From: Podarcis pityusensis
Lineage: Eukaryota
DNA: 64,000 nucleotides
Assembly (NCBI GenBank): GCA_964106645.2
Contig: OZ067044.1
Direction: 5' to 3' (one strand)
Shown here one piece after another: positions 39,299-52,720 of this stretch. The position numbers were made by a program, and so were the translations under genes. Positions within the stretch are counted from its first letter, which is position 1. Each line of letters begins with the position of its first letter. Below the pieces are notes generated by a model. The model was not told where the DNA came from. It ran no database searches and was given only the letters and a program-made list of their open reading frames with translations.

Positions 39299-39675
39299 TA
39301 TATCATATCTGTCCAAGGTTTGACTAAACCAGATGTATCCTTTATAACTTTTTGGAATTCCTGGATAGCGCTGTTACCTTCCACATGCAGGCCTAGCTGG
39401 TTTTATTTACAAGTTGAGCTTGCATTTTTATCAAATGCTGAAGTTTCTTTTTCTCCATATTACTGTATTGAAAGGTGGGTTTTGTAATATACTTTTTAAA
39501 ATTGTTGGTAAAAATCAAAGTTTAAGAAATTATATCCCATTTGTTCTTATGAAGTAAGCCTTTTACCCCAAATCTTGGCAAATATACCACCAAAATTAAT
39601 ACTGAAGAAAAGAACAAATGTTCATACTGAAGGTTGCTTCTGCAACAAGTGATCTTAAGAAATTAACTGCCGTAC

Positions 39676-39754
39676 CTAGGCTGTCCTCAAGGACATATGG
39701 AATGGTGTGAGGCCATCGATATTCGTTGCCAATAATGGAGTTACGTTCTAGTCT
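39676..39754 (-). CDS. MEP1B: MEP1B exon 5 (activation site R/NSIIG, start of astacin domain)
   Basis: ttcag|AGA...CTAG|gtacgg, RLERNSIIGNEYRWPHTIPYVLEDSL, 79 nt. Confidence 0.95.
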
Positions 39755-41115
39755 CTGAAAAGGAAGGCAAATCCAAGAAATTCAGAGAAAGAAAGCACAA
39801 GAGTTGGCACTGTGACTCCTCTGAGTTCAGACTTTTGCTCTTTAGGCACCTGCAGTGTGGTGCATCCAGTTCCTCATTGTTCTTGCACACTGGGATTGGA
39901 TAATTGGGGCTGGTCTGTTGGAAGTGCCTCAGTGTCGCAGAGTTGCAGCTATATGCAAGACTGAATATTCTGTGCACCCCTGGGATTTATTTACAAATGT
40001 AGACTCAAGCACTGGATGCAACATTTCAGAAAGTTGTGCACTCAAGTGAAAACACACACACTACCTTCATGTTCCTTATAGCTATTACGAAAAGGTATTC
40101 AAATGTGTGCCTTCCGCATGGTGCAATTTCTGTTGCAGTAAAAAACACCTGATCTTACTCAAGTAGTCAAGGGCAAAGCTCACATGGTTTCCCACTGGCA
40201 ATCCTTGAAATAGTGTATTAGTCATAGGCATGAAATCAGTTTCTTTAGATGCTTGATTGTGACATCCCAGAGGTCTTTTGGAAGGCCCTTAACCTCACAT
40301 CCCACATGTCATCGCTTGATATGCCAAATTAAATGGGGGTTTCATTGCTCCAGTTTTTCTCTGGGACTAGATTCACCCTACAAAGAGTCAACAGCTGCTG
40401 CCACATGCTAAGTTGTCAGAGCAGTAGGGCTATTAAGTATTACAAGGTGTAAGATTTAACTGGGGCACCAAGTCACTGCCATCTTCTAGTATCCCTGCAT
40501 CAAATTCCCCTGGAGGGTCGTCAGTACTTGCTGTTAACTTGGAAGAGTACCAAAGTAATCACAAGGAGTAAGAAACATTCTAAATTCTCTTGGACCGGAT
40601 CATACCAGTTAGCTAATAAAAAACTTAGATTTATTAACACAAAGAACACAGAATTCCAAACAATGAAAGAAAAAGATAGTATGTTTAAATCATTGCTCTT
40701 GCCCAAGTTGGTGGAATAGGCAGGCAGGTCTTATCTCACATGCTGCACAGGATTCATTTTTAGAAGTAATAGTTGGAATGGGGGCGGGGGGGGGGACTGT
40801 ATCCACTTGTAGTTGCAACATAGACTCCAGGGAGCATTGCTAACTAACTCCAGCCAGACATTAAGAAACGGCATGGGTGTTTGTTTATACGGCCTTCCCT
40901 GAAACACTGAGGCAGTGGTATGTCTGCCTGGGCAAAAATCAACAATGGAACCACAATTTAATCTGCTGCATCCCAACTTTGCATGACACTTAAGTACAGG
41001 GGTATAACTTTCTTTGGAATCTTCTGACCATACAAGCCTGTTAAATACAGTGGTCTAATCATTGAACGGAATTGAACTATCAGCATAAGATTGGATGAGA
41101 TGTACAGGCTGTAAA

Positions 41116-41116
<1 letters not shown>

Positions 41117-41171
<55 letters not shown>
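41117..41171. repeat. Compound (TC)n(AC)n microsatellite
   Basis: Direct reading. Confidence 0.92.
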
Positions 41172-41174
<3 letters not shown>

Positions 41175-41865
41175 AAGATATACTGTAAACCTCTCCCATC
41201 CACTGTGGTCTGCACAGGGTTAGCATTTTTGCTTTCAGCGTTGTACTGGCATCTATCTCAATGCAAGGGAAATTAAAATGCTAATAATGGTAACCTAATG
41301 GCTGAATTGATTATATTCTGTGTCATGCTTCCACATTTTTACAGTACTCTTTCCTCTTTTATTATCTCAGACATTCTATATTAATTCCTCTCCAGACACT
41401 TCCAGTTATAGCTTCATAAAGAAAACATTTATAGCTAATAAACAGGGTTAATAGCTCCTCACTCTGATGGAGCTCCTGTAGCCTTAGGCATCACATGGAG
41501 GAGGAAGCTCCTGGCTCAACCTCAAGGTCTAACTTTCCCAGCCACTGGACTGATGTGACCTTTATGCCCATCTCATTCTTCCTTTCAACTGCCTGGTGTA
41601 GTGCAATGCTAAAGATGTAGCAGTCTCCATCGGCAAGGCACCAAAAATAATAAAGTGTGAGGAGTAGAAGGATGGGAAGCTTCAAAGGGGCTGCAGTGAA
41701 AGGCGGGCATTACAAAAACAGCCAGGAGCTTCATCAGGAAGCTATGAAGCAAGGGAAGATCTCAGACTAGGGCAAAATCCTATCACCTTTTTACAATAGG
41801 GAAGCATGGGCTCATCATCCCCAAGTTAGCAGTCATTTATACTGCTGCTTGTCATTTCAACTCAC

Positions 41866-41909
41866 CTCATCAAGTTTGATATCACCCTCGAACAAGTTCA
41901 GTCCCAATG
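41866..41909 (-). CDS. MEP1B: MEP1B exon 4 (propeptide, FEGDI Asp-switch motif)
   Basis: ttag|CA...GAG|gtgag, (A)LGLNLFEGDIKLDE, 44 nt. Confidence 0.94.
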
Positions 41910-42015
41910 CTAAAAAAGAAACCCACAGAAGGTTAGTGCATTTTAATCCATGATCACACACACACACACAGTATTATAAAATACAATAATAATTAAAACA
42001 TTAGGCTGAAAAAAC

Positions 42016-42066
42016 CTTCATTGATATCAAAGATATCTTGATCTATTCCACTGTCTTCATTTCTTT
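42016..42066 (-). CDS. MEP1B: MEP1B exon 3 (propeptide)
   Basis: ttcag|AA...GAAG|gttttt, (E)RNEDSGIDQDIFDINE, 51 nt. Confidence 0.9.
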
Positions 42067-43295
42067 CTGAAAAACAAAAAGAAACCAGAGATAGTTGCAA
42101 TTATAGCCATTATATTTTATCCATTACAACAAGCAGGCTGCAGTCCCTGGCAGGACATCCTAGCAGTGGCATACCAGGGTGCAGAGGTCAACGGAGCCCA
42201 CCACGCCATCCCAGTCCTTGCCACCACCACCAGAACAAACCCCCCACCGGAGCCAAGCGGGCTGCGCTGCACCACCTGCCCGCCTACGCAGAGGGGAGCC
42301 CAGCTGGCCAACATAGCCCTTGGGTCATCCCAGCCTCATAAAGCAGCTTGAGGCTAGCAGGGTGATGTGGGAAGGATGCAGCAGCCATGCGCCCTTTGAT
42401 CCCAGCCTCGCAAAGCAAGGGCAAGTCTGGGATTGAAGGCCACATGGCTGTGGCATCCTGCTCACGCCGCCCAGCCAGCCCTGCGCTGCCTTACGAGGCT
42501 GAGATCCAATCTGCATGATTTGCCCTGTGAATCATTCAGATCTGATCCTAGCCTCACAAAAAGCAGCACAGGGCTGACAGGGCAGTGTGAGGAGCCACCT
42601 CCTAAAACAATGTGCCTGGGGCTATTGCCCTGGTAGCCTCCCCCCACACTATGTCCCTGCATCCTAGAGGCCATACTTTTCTGTGACTGTTCCTCTCCAC
42701 AGGGGGAGAGAGAGGTCCTTCCACAGAGAGGGAGATCAGACCTTGTAAGCCTCCTCCATGAGGCTGCAGGAAGATGCATAGCCAATGTTTTTTTCCAGTA
42801 GAGCCCCAATGTAAAGAGTTTCAAAAAGGAAGCATGCAGAAGTCATGCTAGGAGAGGTTTTGGATTTGCCAGATCCTAATTCTTTCTGTTCCCCCAACAC
42901 AACTCTGGAACCAGGGACAAACCACACCAGACCTGGAACTGATGTAGCCCCTCCATGGTGATAAATGGAAGGGCAAAAGTTGTTCAGAAGGAAAGCTCCT
43001 GGAACTGGGGTGCGGGGAGGGCAGAGGAGGGAAAACAGACCCCACCTTCCATCTGGTCAGTGCACACCTTTGGCTCTCCCCACCTCTGTATTGTTCTAGA
43101 AGCATACCTGTTCAGAGGCAAGTTCCACTCAACTCAATGGTACTTAATTTCCAAGTACAGTAAAAACGCTTAGGATCAGAATGTCAATGTGCTAACCATA
43201 ATTATAAATCAGCTTTTGCGTCTGCTGTGTTCATGAGCAGCTGCTTTTGTTGCCCCTATTTTGTCACAATTAGTAAGATAAAAAATAGAACTCAC

Positions 43296-43314
43296 CCTGT
43301 AATTCTTGAACAGG
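43296..43314 (-). CDS. MEP1B: MEP1B exon 2 (19-nt microexon)
   Basis: ttctag|CCTGTTCAAGAATTACAGG|gtgagt, PVQELQ+G. Phase 0 to 1 exactly bridges exons 1 and 3. Confidence 0.85.
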
Positions 43315-44711
43315 CTAGAATAAAAGAAAGGAGGAAACAGTCAGATGTGCAATCTGTTCTTTGTAGATTACAGGTGATACCTAATGGCAAGTGCAGCCAT
43401 CAGCCAAATTCATTTGGCAAGTTTTGCATCAAAAGTTTAAAGTCAGATTCACTGCAATATTATACACCTATGATTTTCTGTGCATATATGAAAACATGTT
43501 CTACCTGGGACATGGGACTAAACTCTATTTCTTGCTATATTTTAAAAATCTTGGTTAACCGTTGCTTTCTCTTGTTGATATATTTATATACTAGAAACTG
43601 TGGTGATAATATTCCTGGTGGTGTGCTTAGCAATTGCGTGGAGCTGGGATTAAAATCCCTAATACTCATTCTATCACAAAACAGTTTAAGAGAATTTCTT
43701 TTTCCATAATCCTACAATAGCACAACTGGAAAGGAAGAGGAACTGGTGTTGTACAAAACAAGAGAATGGTGTGCATATGGAGGTGCAAAAAAGACACAGC
43801 ATCATTTCCCAGGCCTCAGCTCAAGAAAAGTACTAGAGCCTGGATTAGGTGTTTAAACAAAATTAAATACTGGTCACTAGGATACTGGGATATGATACAT
43901 AACCTGGCATATATGAAAATACTGGATCATTAAAATGTATTCATTACCCACATTTCATAATAAGGATATTTAAATACCTGGTGTGCCGTTTGTCTATCAT
44001 GTTGTTCTATGGATACAACACTGTGGTTTATACTAGCCTCTTGGACCATACAGTTTAGCCAGTTTGTTATATTAGAACACATACCATTATAATAAGTGGG
44101 AGGATACAAGTAGAAATAACACTATGGTACAAATGTTATTTCAAATATTTATTCATTAACAACTTATAACAATGCAAGCTTGTTGTTCTTTTTTTGTATT
44201 TGTATAATTACACTTTGAAAACTTTAAAAATTGTTTTAGCTTTTGATATATAAAACAGCTACTCTAAAATAGGGGACAGAACACACAGAGACAGAGGCTG
44301 CATCTACTGTGATGGGAACCAACATAACCTGCCCCTAGGCTCATGCATGTCCCCCTTCTTTTCTGGCATAGATAAAATTAACCACAGTTTAGGTTAAGAC
44401 ACAATGCCAAACTGTGGTGTAAGTTGGAAGTAAAAGCTTCTGATCTCATCCTTGTGGCTGCACCAGAAGTGAAGGGAGGGAGAAGCATGCAATCTTGGGC
44501 AGAAGTTAACTCCAAAAGAGGGATTTTTGTCAGAACCACAGCCAAGGAGGAAATGATTAAACTCTCCCTCCCCACTGCAACCCCAATAATTATGACCCCT
44601 GGCCCCGATTTAGATAAACTATTGGCATTTTTTAAAAATATGCACATTAAATACAAATGTGCTAATTCACTCTAATCCTTAAGAATTAAAGTATGCTTTT
44701 TATTGTCTTAC

Positions 44712-44774
44712 CAAGCAGCAAACTATCTGTAGAATAACCCCGCTCAGCAGCACATAAAATAGCCACAAATCCAT
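44712..44774 (-). CDS. MEP1B: MEP1B exon 1 (signal peptide)
   Basis: ATG at 44774, MDLWLFYVLLSGVILQIVCCL (63 nt, hydrophobic, begins MDLW like human meprin beta), donor TTG|gtaaga. Confidence 0.92.
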
Positions 44775-44819
44775 GATGTACAACTTCAGTAAGAGCTGTA
44801 ATCTTTTAATTTTTGTGCA

Positions 44820-44862
44820 TTTATATCTAGAGTGCCATCATAAATGAAAACTTTGACCTTTG
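44820..44862 (-). promoter_or_regulatory. MEP1B core promoter: TATA box plus CDX-like and HNF4-like sites
   Basis: Minus strand TATAAA at 44825-44820 (about 46 nt above the ATG), TTTATGA at 44844-44838, CAAAGGTCAAAGTTTT at 44862-44847. Confidence 0.6.
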
Positions 44863-46812
44863 TATTGCAGGTGTTTGATATATACCTTTTGACAGAATGA
44901 AGCAAGAGGGCATTTCAACTTTTTCATCGAACATCAGTGCCAGAATAAAACGATTGTTGATTGGTCTTCGTCTACCTTTATATACTTCTCGTTGGATAAA
45001 GATGGTGGAAGTAACCAAATGCGATGCCTCAAACGAGGTGTCTTCATGATGAACCTAGACAAAGACTCAGTTATTTGAACAGCCACATTCAGCTTACGTT
45101 TGGGGGGAAACCCAGAACATTTAAGAGAAGGAAAGCAGGGATCATTCCATTTGGGCAGCTAAATTGCTTATGCTGACAGAATTTTGGACACAGTACATTT
45201 AATTCCTCCCCTCCTCAAAATCTCTTTGGTTACCTTGATCAGCCTAGTTCTAGGATCCTATATATCAGATCCATGACCTCCATAGGTCCAAACCAGTGGC
45301 ATTGATCTGTACTGCTGATCTTTGTAGAAGTGAAGATCTTTATTTAGAAGCCAATCTTAAAATTCTTCATCAGATTTTGTTTGTGTTGCCTACATTTCCC
45401 TTCAATTACTGTTATGGGAACGCCTTGGTCAGGATCGCACTGCAATCGACTCCACCCCTATCAGTACTATTACGTGATGGCTTATCCAGATAGAGTTATG
45501 GGGTATTCATCAACCTTGAAGATTTTTCAGTGGTGACCCTCTTTTTCATTAACTCCACTGAAATAAATCTGTTTCCTGCCGATGACTAGAAGAGGAGCTC
45601 ACCTTGGCCCTAGCCTGGAACATCTCCCAGGAAGGGAAGAGAACCCTTGCAGTTATGGCTATCTGACACTTGCAAAATGGAAACTGCCAATCCTACCTTG
45701 TCTCTTAAGTAAACAAAGTGGGCACAGCATCCAAAGTATGAGAAATACAGATTATGTCTAGCATAAGAGGATCCATCTCATTACAAAGGCGTACATCTTC
45801 AATGCCAGCCTTTGGACCTTTCGAAGTGTGACTTTCAAAGGATGTTTGTGTTTCGGTTGTCATATTGTTTCAGAAAGCATGAATTAGGGTAGGTTGGCTT
45901 TGAAATGGAAACTGAATGAAATTACTCCCCCATCCCTACTCTCAGGTAAGTGTATATATAGGATTGCAACCTTAATGAAGTAGAAGGCTGCTATGTTAGA
46001 GAGAAAAGTAAATGCTAAAAAATAGATATCCATAGATCAAAGAGCCCACAAAGAACAGAATAAATTCCAGTTGCCAAGCAGATAACATGAATGAAATTAT
46101 TGCTTATACTGTAATAATTTACTACCTACGGTATGTTGTACTTCTCCCTTACTCAAAAGCCAATTGTTCATTCTTTACTTCTCTCTCCCAGCAGTTATGA
46201 AGTGAGTTCAGCATGGTTATTTTGAAAGAAAAACACTCAGCTCTCAACTTGTACTTTTCCCGTATTGTTTTTTTAAACAGTAGAAGCCACATAATTCGGT
46301 AGAAAAACTTACAAGGGCAATCAATAACCTTCTCCAATCAACTTCTCCTACATTAACAAGAGAAAGCCACCAGATTGAGAGAACTAGTAAATGGGATCAT
46401 AAAACTGAAAATGGAATTATAGGCACATGTAATCCATGCAATCAGTCTAATGCACATAGCTAGACTTCTGCTCATAAAACCAGTCGAATGAAATGGAATT
46501 AAATACAAAAACTGCAAACTGCATCAGTGCATTTTTTTTATATTAGTCATTGCCATATACTGCAGATTGCCTGCTTTCTTGGATATAAGCTGCTTTGTAG
46601 TATGCACAAAAGGTTAAAGTGAAGTTTTAGCATTACTTTCTTTTCCCGCAGGCAATTTTGCACTGCTCCTTGGAACGTGGGGGGGGGGGGGTCTGGACTC
46701 AATGAAGCACACCTTCCCAACCCTTCACAAAGCTGTGCTGTGGCAGAGCTATCAGGGGCAGACTTTGGTCTTTCACATTTCAGCAATGCCGTGCGAGGAC
46801 AAAATTCAGCCC

Positions 46813-46813
<1 letters not shown>

Positions 46814-46853
<40 letters not shown>
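46814..46853. repeat. (AC)n microsatellite
   Basis: Direct reading. Confidence 0.92.
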
Positions 46854-46854
<1 letters not shown>

Positions 46855-48299
46855 ACCTCTCACCTTCCATTCTGCTCAATTCACGATGTCATAGTTGCAA
46901 CCCCCTGCAGCGTCCCATAGGCTTGGTACCCAGTGTGGCAGAACCAGCCATGCTGCCCTAAATTCGCCTCTGGAGCAGTTTCTAGGAGTATCTCAGTGCT
47001 TAGCATTAGACTGACAAGGGAAAGGGCTAGTACTCACTATAACAGGCTGATTCTTGCCCTCATCATCTAGTAAACTTTTGTTACAACAATTGTGATGGGA
47101 GGATTCCCCAAATGACTCAGGTTACTGGCCATTTCATTCCCATAAAAAGTTCCAAGTCAATGTTGAAAAACTGGAAAGGCTGGGGGAGGGGTAATAGCCA
47201 GGGGGCAATCTGGTTATGTATCCACAGTGGTATACCCACATATGTGCAAGAGGGAAAGAAAATTTAAGTCTAAACACAATATATAGCTTTACACTATTGA
47301 TATTGTTGTGTTGCAACAGATATAGCAGCATGCCTTACCAAGATGAACAAGACGGGCGTCTTGCTAAGTTGCCTGTAAGTTGCAATGTGCCAACATGGAG
47401 TGATTGTGGGTTGTATTTCTAGAACATTGGGTTGGAGAGCTTGCCTATGGGCATGCCTTGAATCTTCCCGGTTCTGTCACATACAATGATTTTGTTTCTG
47501 GTTATGGTGGCTGTTTCCTGCAGAACATTTGTGCATCTTCTATGATCATGCCAAAGGTTATTAAGAAAATCTAAAAACACTAAAAGGGAAATTCCGTTTA
47601 TCAGAGATGCGTTAAAATCCAGTTTACTGCAGTCTTATCCTGCATAGAAAAAACTAGCAATGTTTGTTGCCTCAACGTCTACCACTAGGAGTGGGAGTGT
47701 TCCCTGTTTGAAAATCCTGCAGTTGCTCCCAGTCAGTGTACACAATATTGAGCTAGATGGATCAGTGGTATTGTGCATGGGGCTTCAAACGTTCCTTCTT
47801 TTCTATATACTGTGAACACTCTTGGAAAACACATTTCATTTGCAGTACTGTCATGCAGATATATTCACAAGCTGTACAAGACACACATTTGACTGAAAAA
47901 TGTGCAAATTAAAAAACACCACAAAACCAGAACAAACACTTGTGGAATGAATGTAGAGGACAAAAACATTTTCAGGATGGTTTTTTTTTTTTTAATTGTA
48001 TCTTATAGCAATGTCTTTCAAAAGTGCTTGGTGCCCCCTAGTGATTGAATCATATTATTTTTAGGGAAGTTAGAAAAGGAAAAGTCAATACTGTACCATT
48101 CAACTGCTGAGAATCAAACTTCTACATGTGATGTTCAGAAGAAAACCAAGGATGGTACTCAACAAGTTTGACTCAGAATAAACCCACTGAAATTAATGAC
48201 TAAGTTAGGGCCATTAATTTCAATGGACCTACTCTGAGTAAAACTTGGTGGAGTACCACATGTCAAATTACCAAACCTCTCAATCCCTTGGCAGCATTG

Positions 48300-49800
48300 C
48301 CTTTATAAAGTAACCAAAGTATCCAAAGATGTGGTGATCATTTCCAGAAAAAAATATGCAGCCAAAAAGCCATGGAGAAAAAGTATGACCTTTGTGGAGA
48401 AAAGTTTTTGACCACTACTTCTGTTCCACAAGTGTCTGTTCTGGTGAGTGAAACCACACATTGCCTTCCACAACCCCCCCCAAAGGAAGCAAAAGCCTGA
48501 GCTAACCCAGCTCCAGTCAACAATGGGTGGCACCTGGCTCAGGAAAGGCCCGTGGAGAGGCCTAAATTTTAAAGCCACAACAGTGCTAAAACACAAAAAG
48601 TTAGATTCATTTTTGCTAATGGCAAAACTAAACTGACAATTGGCTCCATATATGCCCCAAACACAAAACAACTACAGTTCATCCAGGAAACACTAAACAA
48701 ATTCCTTCTCCAAAGGGTAAACAATCCTAGGAGGTGACCTCAACCTCAATATGAGAGGCATCCCTAAAAGACATCCATCCTACAACCCCCTGGGCAACCT
48801 TCCTCAGAGGGAAACCCCAAACAATTAGAGACACTGACCAACTACTGAAAATGCTAAAAACTGAGGCCTTTGTGACATCTTGGGAGAAAAGAACCTGGGA
48901 GACACCAGCCACGTTCCAGTCTGGATGTCCCGACACCATGTCCAGACTGGACAGCATTCTGCTCACACAGAAACAACAAACATTGGTAACATTAAAACCA
49001 CAGATCATGCCCCAGTAGAAGCTACCCTCAAGAGAGGAAGCACAAACTACCCCAGCATGGTCCTTCAGCCCCATCCTAACCACAAACCAACTAGCTAGAG
49101 AGAGTCTCTGGAAAACTACCTTTAAGGACAATGAAAGTGGTCACCAGAAGAGCCTGCATAAAGGAGAGGGCATCTCTTAAAAAGCAAACCTCCTCAAAAA
49201 TTGGTAAATTAGAACAAGACATTACGACCCTGTCATCACACTACAAACAAGCAGGAGCAAAAAAAAACCAAAAACCAACTCCTTAAACTCATAGAACAAA
49301 AAAGAACAAAAATTGACTCTCTAGAAATCAGTAAAACAATGATTAATATCTTATGCTCTAAACAATGCTTTTTTGAATATGGAGGAAAGAACTCCAAACT
49401 ATTAGCAAATAGATGCAGGGGGGAAATCACTCAAAACAATAATAGACTGTCACTAAAAAAAGATGGTAACATAACATCCTCCACCAAAGAAATAATATTG
49501 CCCCCCAATACCTCTCACTAGTAAGGAAATGTAATAAACAAACAGAAAGAGAACCTACCCAGTTGACACTGAAACAAAACCTCACACGTACACTATATAT
49601 AAGAATATAAGCCTCACCACCCCACCCTCTCCCACTTTCTTTCCCAACCTTATACAGTATACAGTATCAACACTAATGTATCACAACAAATGTAAGTGAT
49701 TTGCAAGAAAGACTGTATAACCTGAAAAAAAGACACAAGGCATGTACTAAACCAAGAAAATCTTTAATAAAAACAAAAACAAACAAACCAACAAAGAAAA
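48300..49800 (+). mobile_element. Decayed L1-clade LINE: endonuclease region joined to a 3'-tail-like segment
   Basis: Frameshifted APE motifs ILGGDLN, SRLD, TDHAPV, then FFEYGGKNSKLLA. Ends with AATAAA and an (A/C)-rich tail near 49765-49800. Boundaries approximate. Confidence 0.7.
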
Positions 49801-49849
49801 GGTTGCCTATAGAAGAGTGCTAAACATAAAAAATGTTTTTGGCATTTTT

Positions 49850-51170
49850 CAGTACAAAGAAAAAGACAAAAGTGGATTATTTAATAAATTTTATTCAGAA
49901 TTACACAGCTCACCATCAACGTCTGTGTTTGCTATCAATGACTATTTAGATAAACTTCATTAACACAGGTAGAAATGGATCATATGCAGTCTTCGAATAA
50001 ATCTATTAAAGGAAGTGCAAATGGCTATTAAAAAACTACGAGGATACAAAGCACCAGAGGCTGGCAGTTTTACAGGAACATTCTATAAACATTTTAGAAA
50101 TGAACTGTCTCCCCATCTAGCCAAGTTGTTTAATGAAGTTCTTTTGGCGGAACTTCCACTGTATTACTGGCATCAATCTAAAATAACAGTACTACCAAAA
50201 GCTAGAAGAAACCTTGACCTAGAGGAATTGTGGCATCCAATTAGTCCTGTTATACCAAGAAGCTAAGATGTATACATCCATTTTAGCAAACAGATTAAAT
50301 GTGTTCATTACAAATTTTATCTCCCCAGACCAGGTAGGCTTTCTGTATCGCTGGCGTAGTGGATCCAGTAAGACACCTATTGAATGTCATTTATTATAGT
50401 AAAAAGAAAGGTAAGCCACTTGCAATAATCTCATGGGATTTTTACAAGGTCTTTGACAGGCTGAGTTGGTCGTTTTTTAAATCATTGATATATAGACTTA
50501 ACATGAGAGTGGTTTATTAACTCAACTTTTGAAGTATACAAACGTTCCTTTGCTACAGTCTGTGTAATGGTCTCAACTCAGAAACCTCTATAAAGAGTAA
50601 AACAAGATTGTCCTTTGTCTCTGCTTTTATTTGCCTTGTCTGTTGAACCATTGGCAACTGTCATTAGAAACAATGTGAATATAGAAAGTGAAAAAATTTA
50701 AAATAAAATGCATACTAACCTTTTTGCAGATGGCATAGATTTCATGTTATCAAAACCAGAATTGGCAAAACCTGAAGTTATTACAGAACTGAATAATTCT
50801 GAAACCAAATCTGAAATTATGTTTATTGTGGTCTTACCAGTCTCAAACTTTCATACAAAGCATTGAGGGTTTTACAATCTGTCCTCAAAAGCTGAAATAT
50901 CTGGGAATATTTATATCAAAATTCTTGCACTCTTTAAGGAAAGCAAATTTTGAGTCCTGGTTATCTCAAGTTAGACAGGAACTGAAATCCTGGGAAAGTC
51001 TAAACCTTTCTTGCTTGAGCCACGTTGTGGCTATGAGTAAGTTGATCCTTCTGAAGTTTCTCTGCCTATTTCAGGTCCTGCCAATAACTATAATGCCTAA
51101 CAATTTAAAATCTGGCAAAGATAAATTTAAAATCTGGTCTGGGAGTGTGCCACTTGCTTATATACTATAA
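49850..51170 (+). mobile_element. Decayed L1-clade LINE reverse-transcriptase region
   Basis: Broken RT motifs KAPEAGSFTGTFYK, PDQVGF, DFYKVFDRLSW, KQDCPLSLLLFALSVEPLA, LFADG, LKYLGI with many stops and frameshifts. Confidence 0.85.
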
Positions 51171-51719
51171 GGCATTCCAAGACTTGGTGTCTTTGATTCA
51201 AGATCCAGGAGGAAAGCAGTGGCTATAGAATTGGAAGATCCTAAGTTTGGGACATGTTTATCAGTTTTGGGTTTTGGTATTTAAAGAATTGATTTTAATA
51301 TACAAAATGGACCTACAACCTTCCCCTCAACTTGCTTTACTTGGAATAAAGACCATGTCTGTTCCACCAGTTGCTCATAAATAACTCTTAATGTTCTTCC
51401 TCTCAGCGGAAATAGGTGCTCCGAGCATGGAGAATAGCCCTGAATGAAAAGCTGATGTGCCAGATTCATGCAACCAAAGGGAATTCTAACCCCTTTCTTT
51501 TCTGTGTGTGACAACTTTTTGGAGTATATGCATCAAGATTATATTTATACCCACACATACACACCGAGATTGCATGGTAATATGTGGAAAGATTTTTTTG
51601 GAGTGTACTGTAAGAATCTGAGTTGATATTTTTAAGCAATATGGTTTGTGTGCTGTGAATATGTTGTTTTATGTGTGATGTGAAAAATGAAATTAATTTA
51701 AAAGGGGGGGGGGGACTAA

Positions 51720-52720
51720 CCTGATCACACTGTGCTAGACACTCAGAACTGACCTCAGTTCTCCAGAGGCAGCCTGGCCAGCACAGAATAGAGTAGAACT
51801 ATTACCACACATGACTTGCATACTAAGCATTTGTTAAAGCAACCTAATTAGGCTACAGAGACAAGAGGCAACAATGACATGGTACTGAGGGAATCTGCTC
51901 ATTCCTAATTATACCAATAGCGCAACTACTACCCAGTGTCTAATACCCTTTATGGGCAAGGTGCTTCAGGACTGTGGCAATGCAGCTGTAGACACTCTTG
52001 GAAGAAAACTATTAACTGACCCCACTCCAATAAGGGTTCAGGATGTTTTTAACACAAAATCAGCCTTGGTTGCTCTTATGAGTAATATTCCCCAGAGGAG
52101 AGATGGGGAGTGCAACTTTGTTGCTCTTGCTTATCTCTCTGCAGCTTTGATACCACTGACCATGGTACCTTCTGTGAATTGGATGTTGAAGAACTTCTCT
52201 ATGGTGGTTCCACTCCTATTTGTAGGGCCAGTCTCAGATAACAGTACTGAGGGACTATGTATCAGTACCCTTGTGATTTAGTTGTGGGGTACTGCACAAC
52301 ACTATTTTATTCCCTATGTTATTAAACAGCTATATGAAGCCAACAGAAGCAGTCATCAGGAGACTTGGGGCAGTGTCATCAGTGTGCTGATAACACCCAG
52401 CTCTTTGTTAGTTCTCAGTCAAGAGGGCATGCACAAGATGAAGCAGTGTCTGGAATCAGGGTGGGTAGGATGTGGACCAAAAAAGTGAAGCTGAATTTTG
52501 CTAAGACAAGGATGCTCTGGATGACCAATTCCCATGCCTGAGAATTTGGGACTTGCCTGTTCTGGATTGGATTGCACTCTAAAGGAACATGCAGAGAGTT
52601 TAGGAGTATTTATGGAACAATCTTTGTCCAGTGTGGCCTCCATGGCAGAGAGCCTACCATCAGCTTTGGGTGGAATGTCAACTGCACCCTTTCCTAGACA
52701 AGAATTGTTTGGGCACTGAG
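51720..52720. mobile_element. Mixed CR1 (minus) and L2-like RT (plus) relics
   Basis: CR1-like text at about 51720-52200. Decayed HQCADNTQL (YADDTQL-like) around 52377-52403. Confidence 0.45.

Noticed and set aside
42117-42640. GC-rich patch with overlapping short ORFs in MEP1B intron 2
   Set aside because: No recognisable protein, splice-compatible exon or TE hallmark. The MEP1B frame is complete without it.
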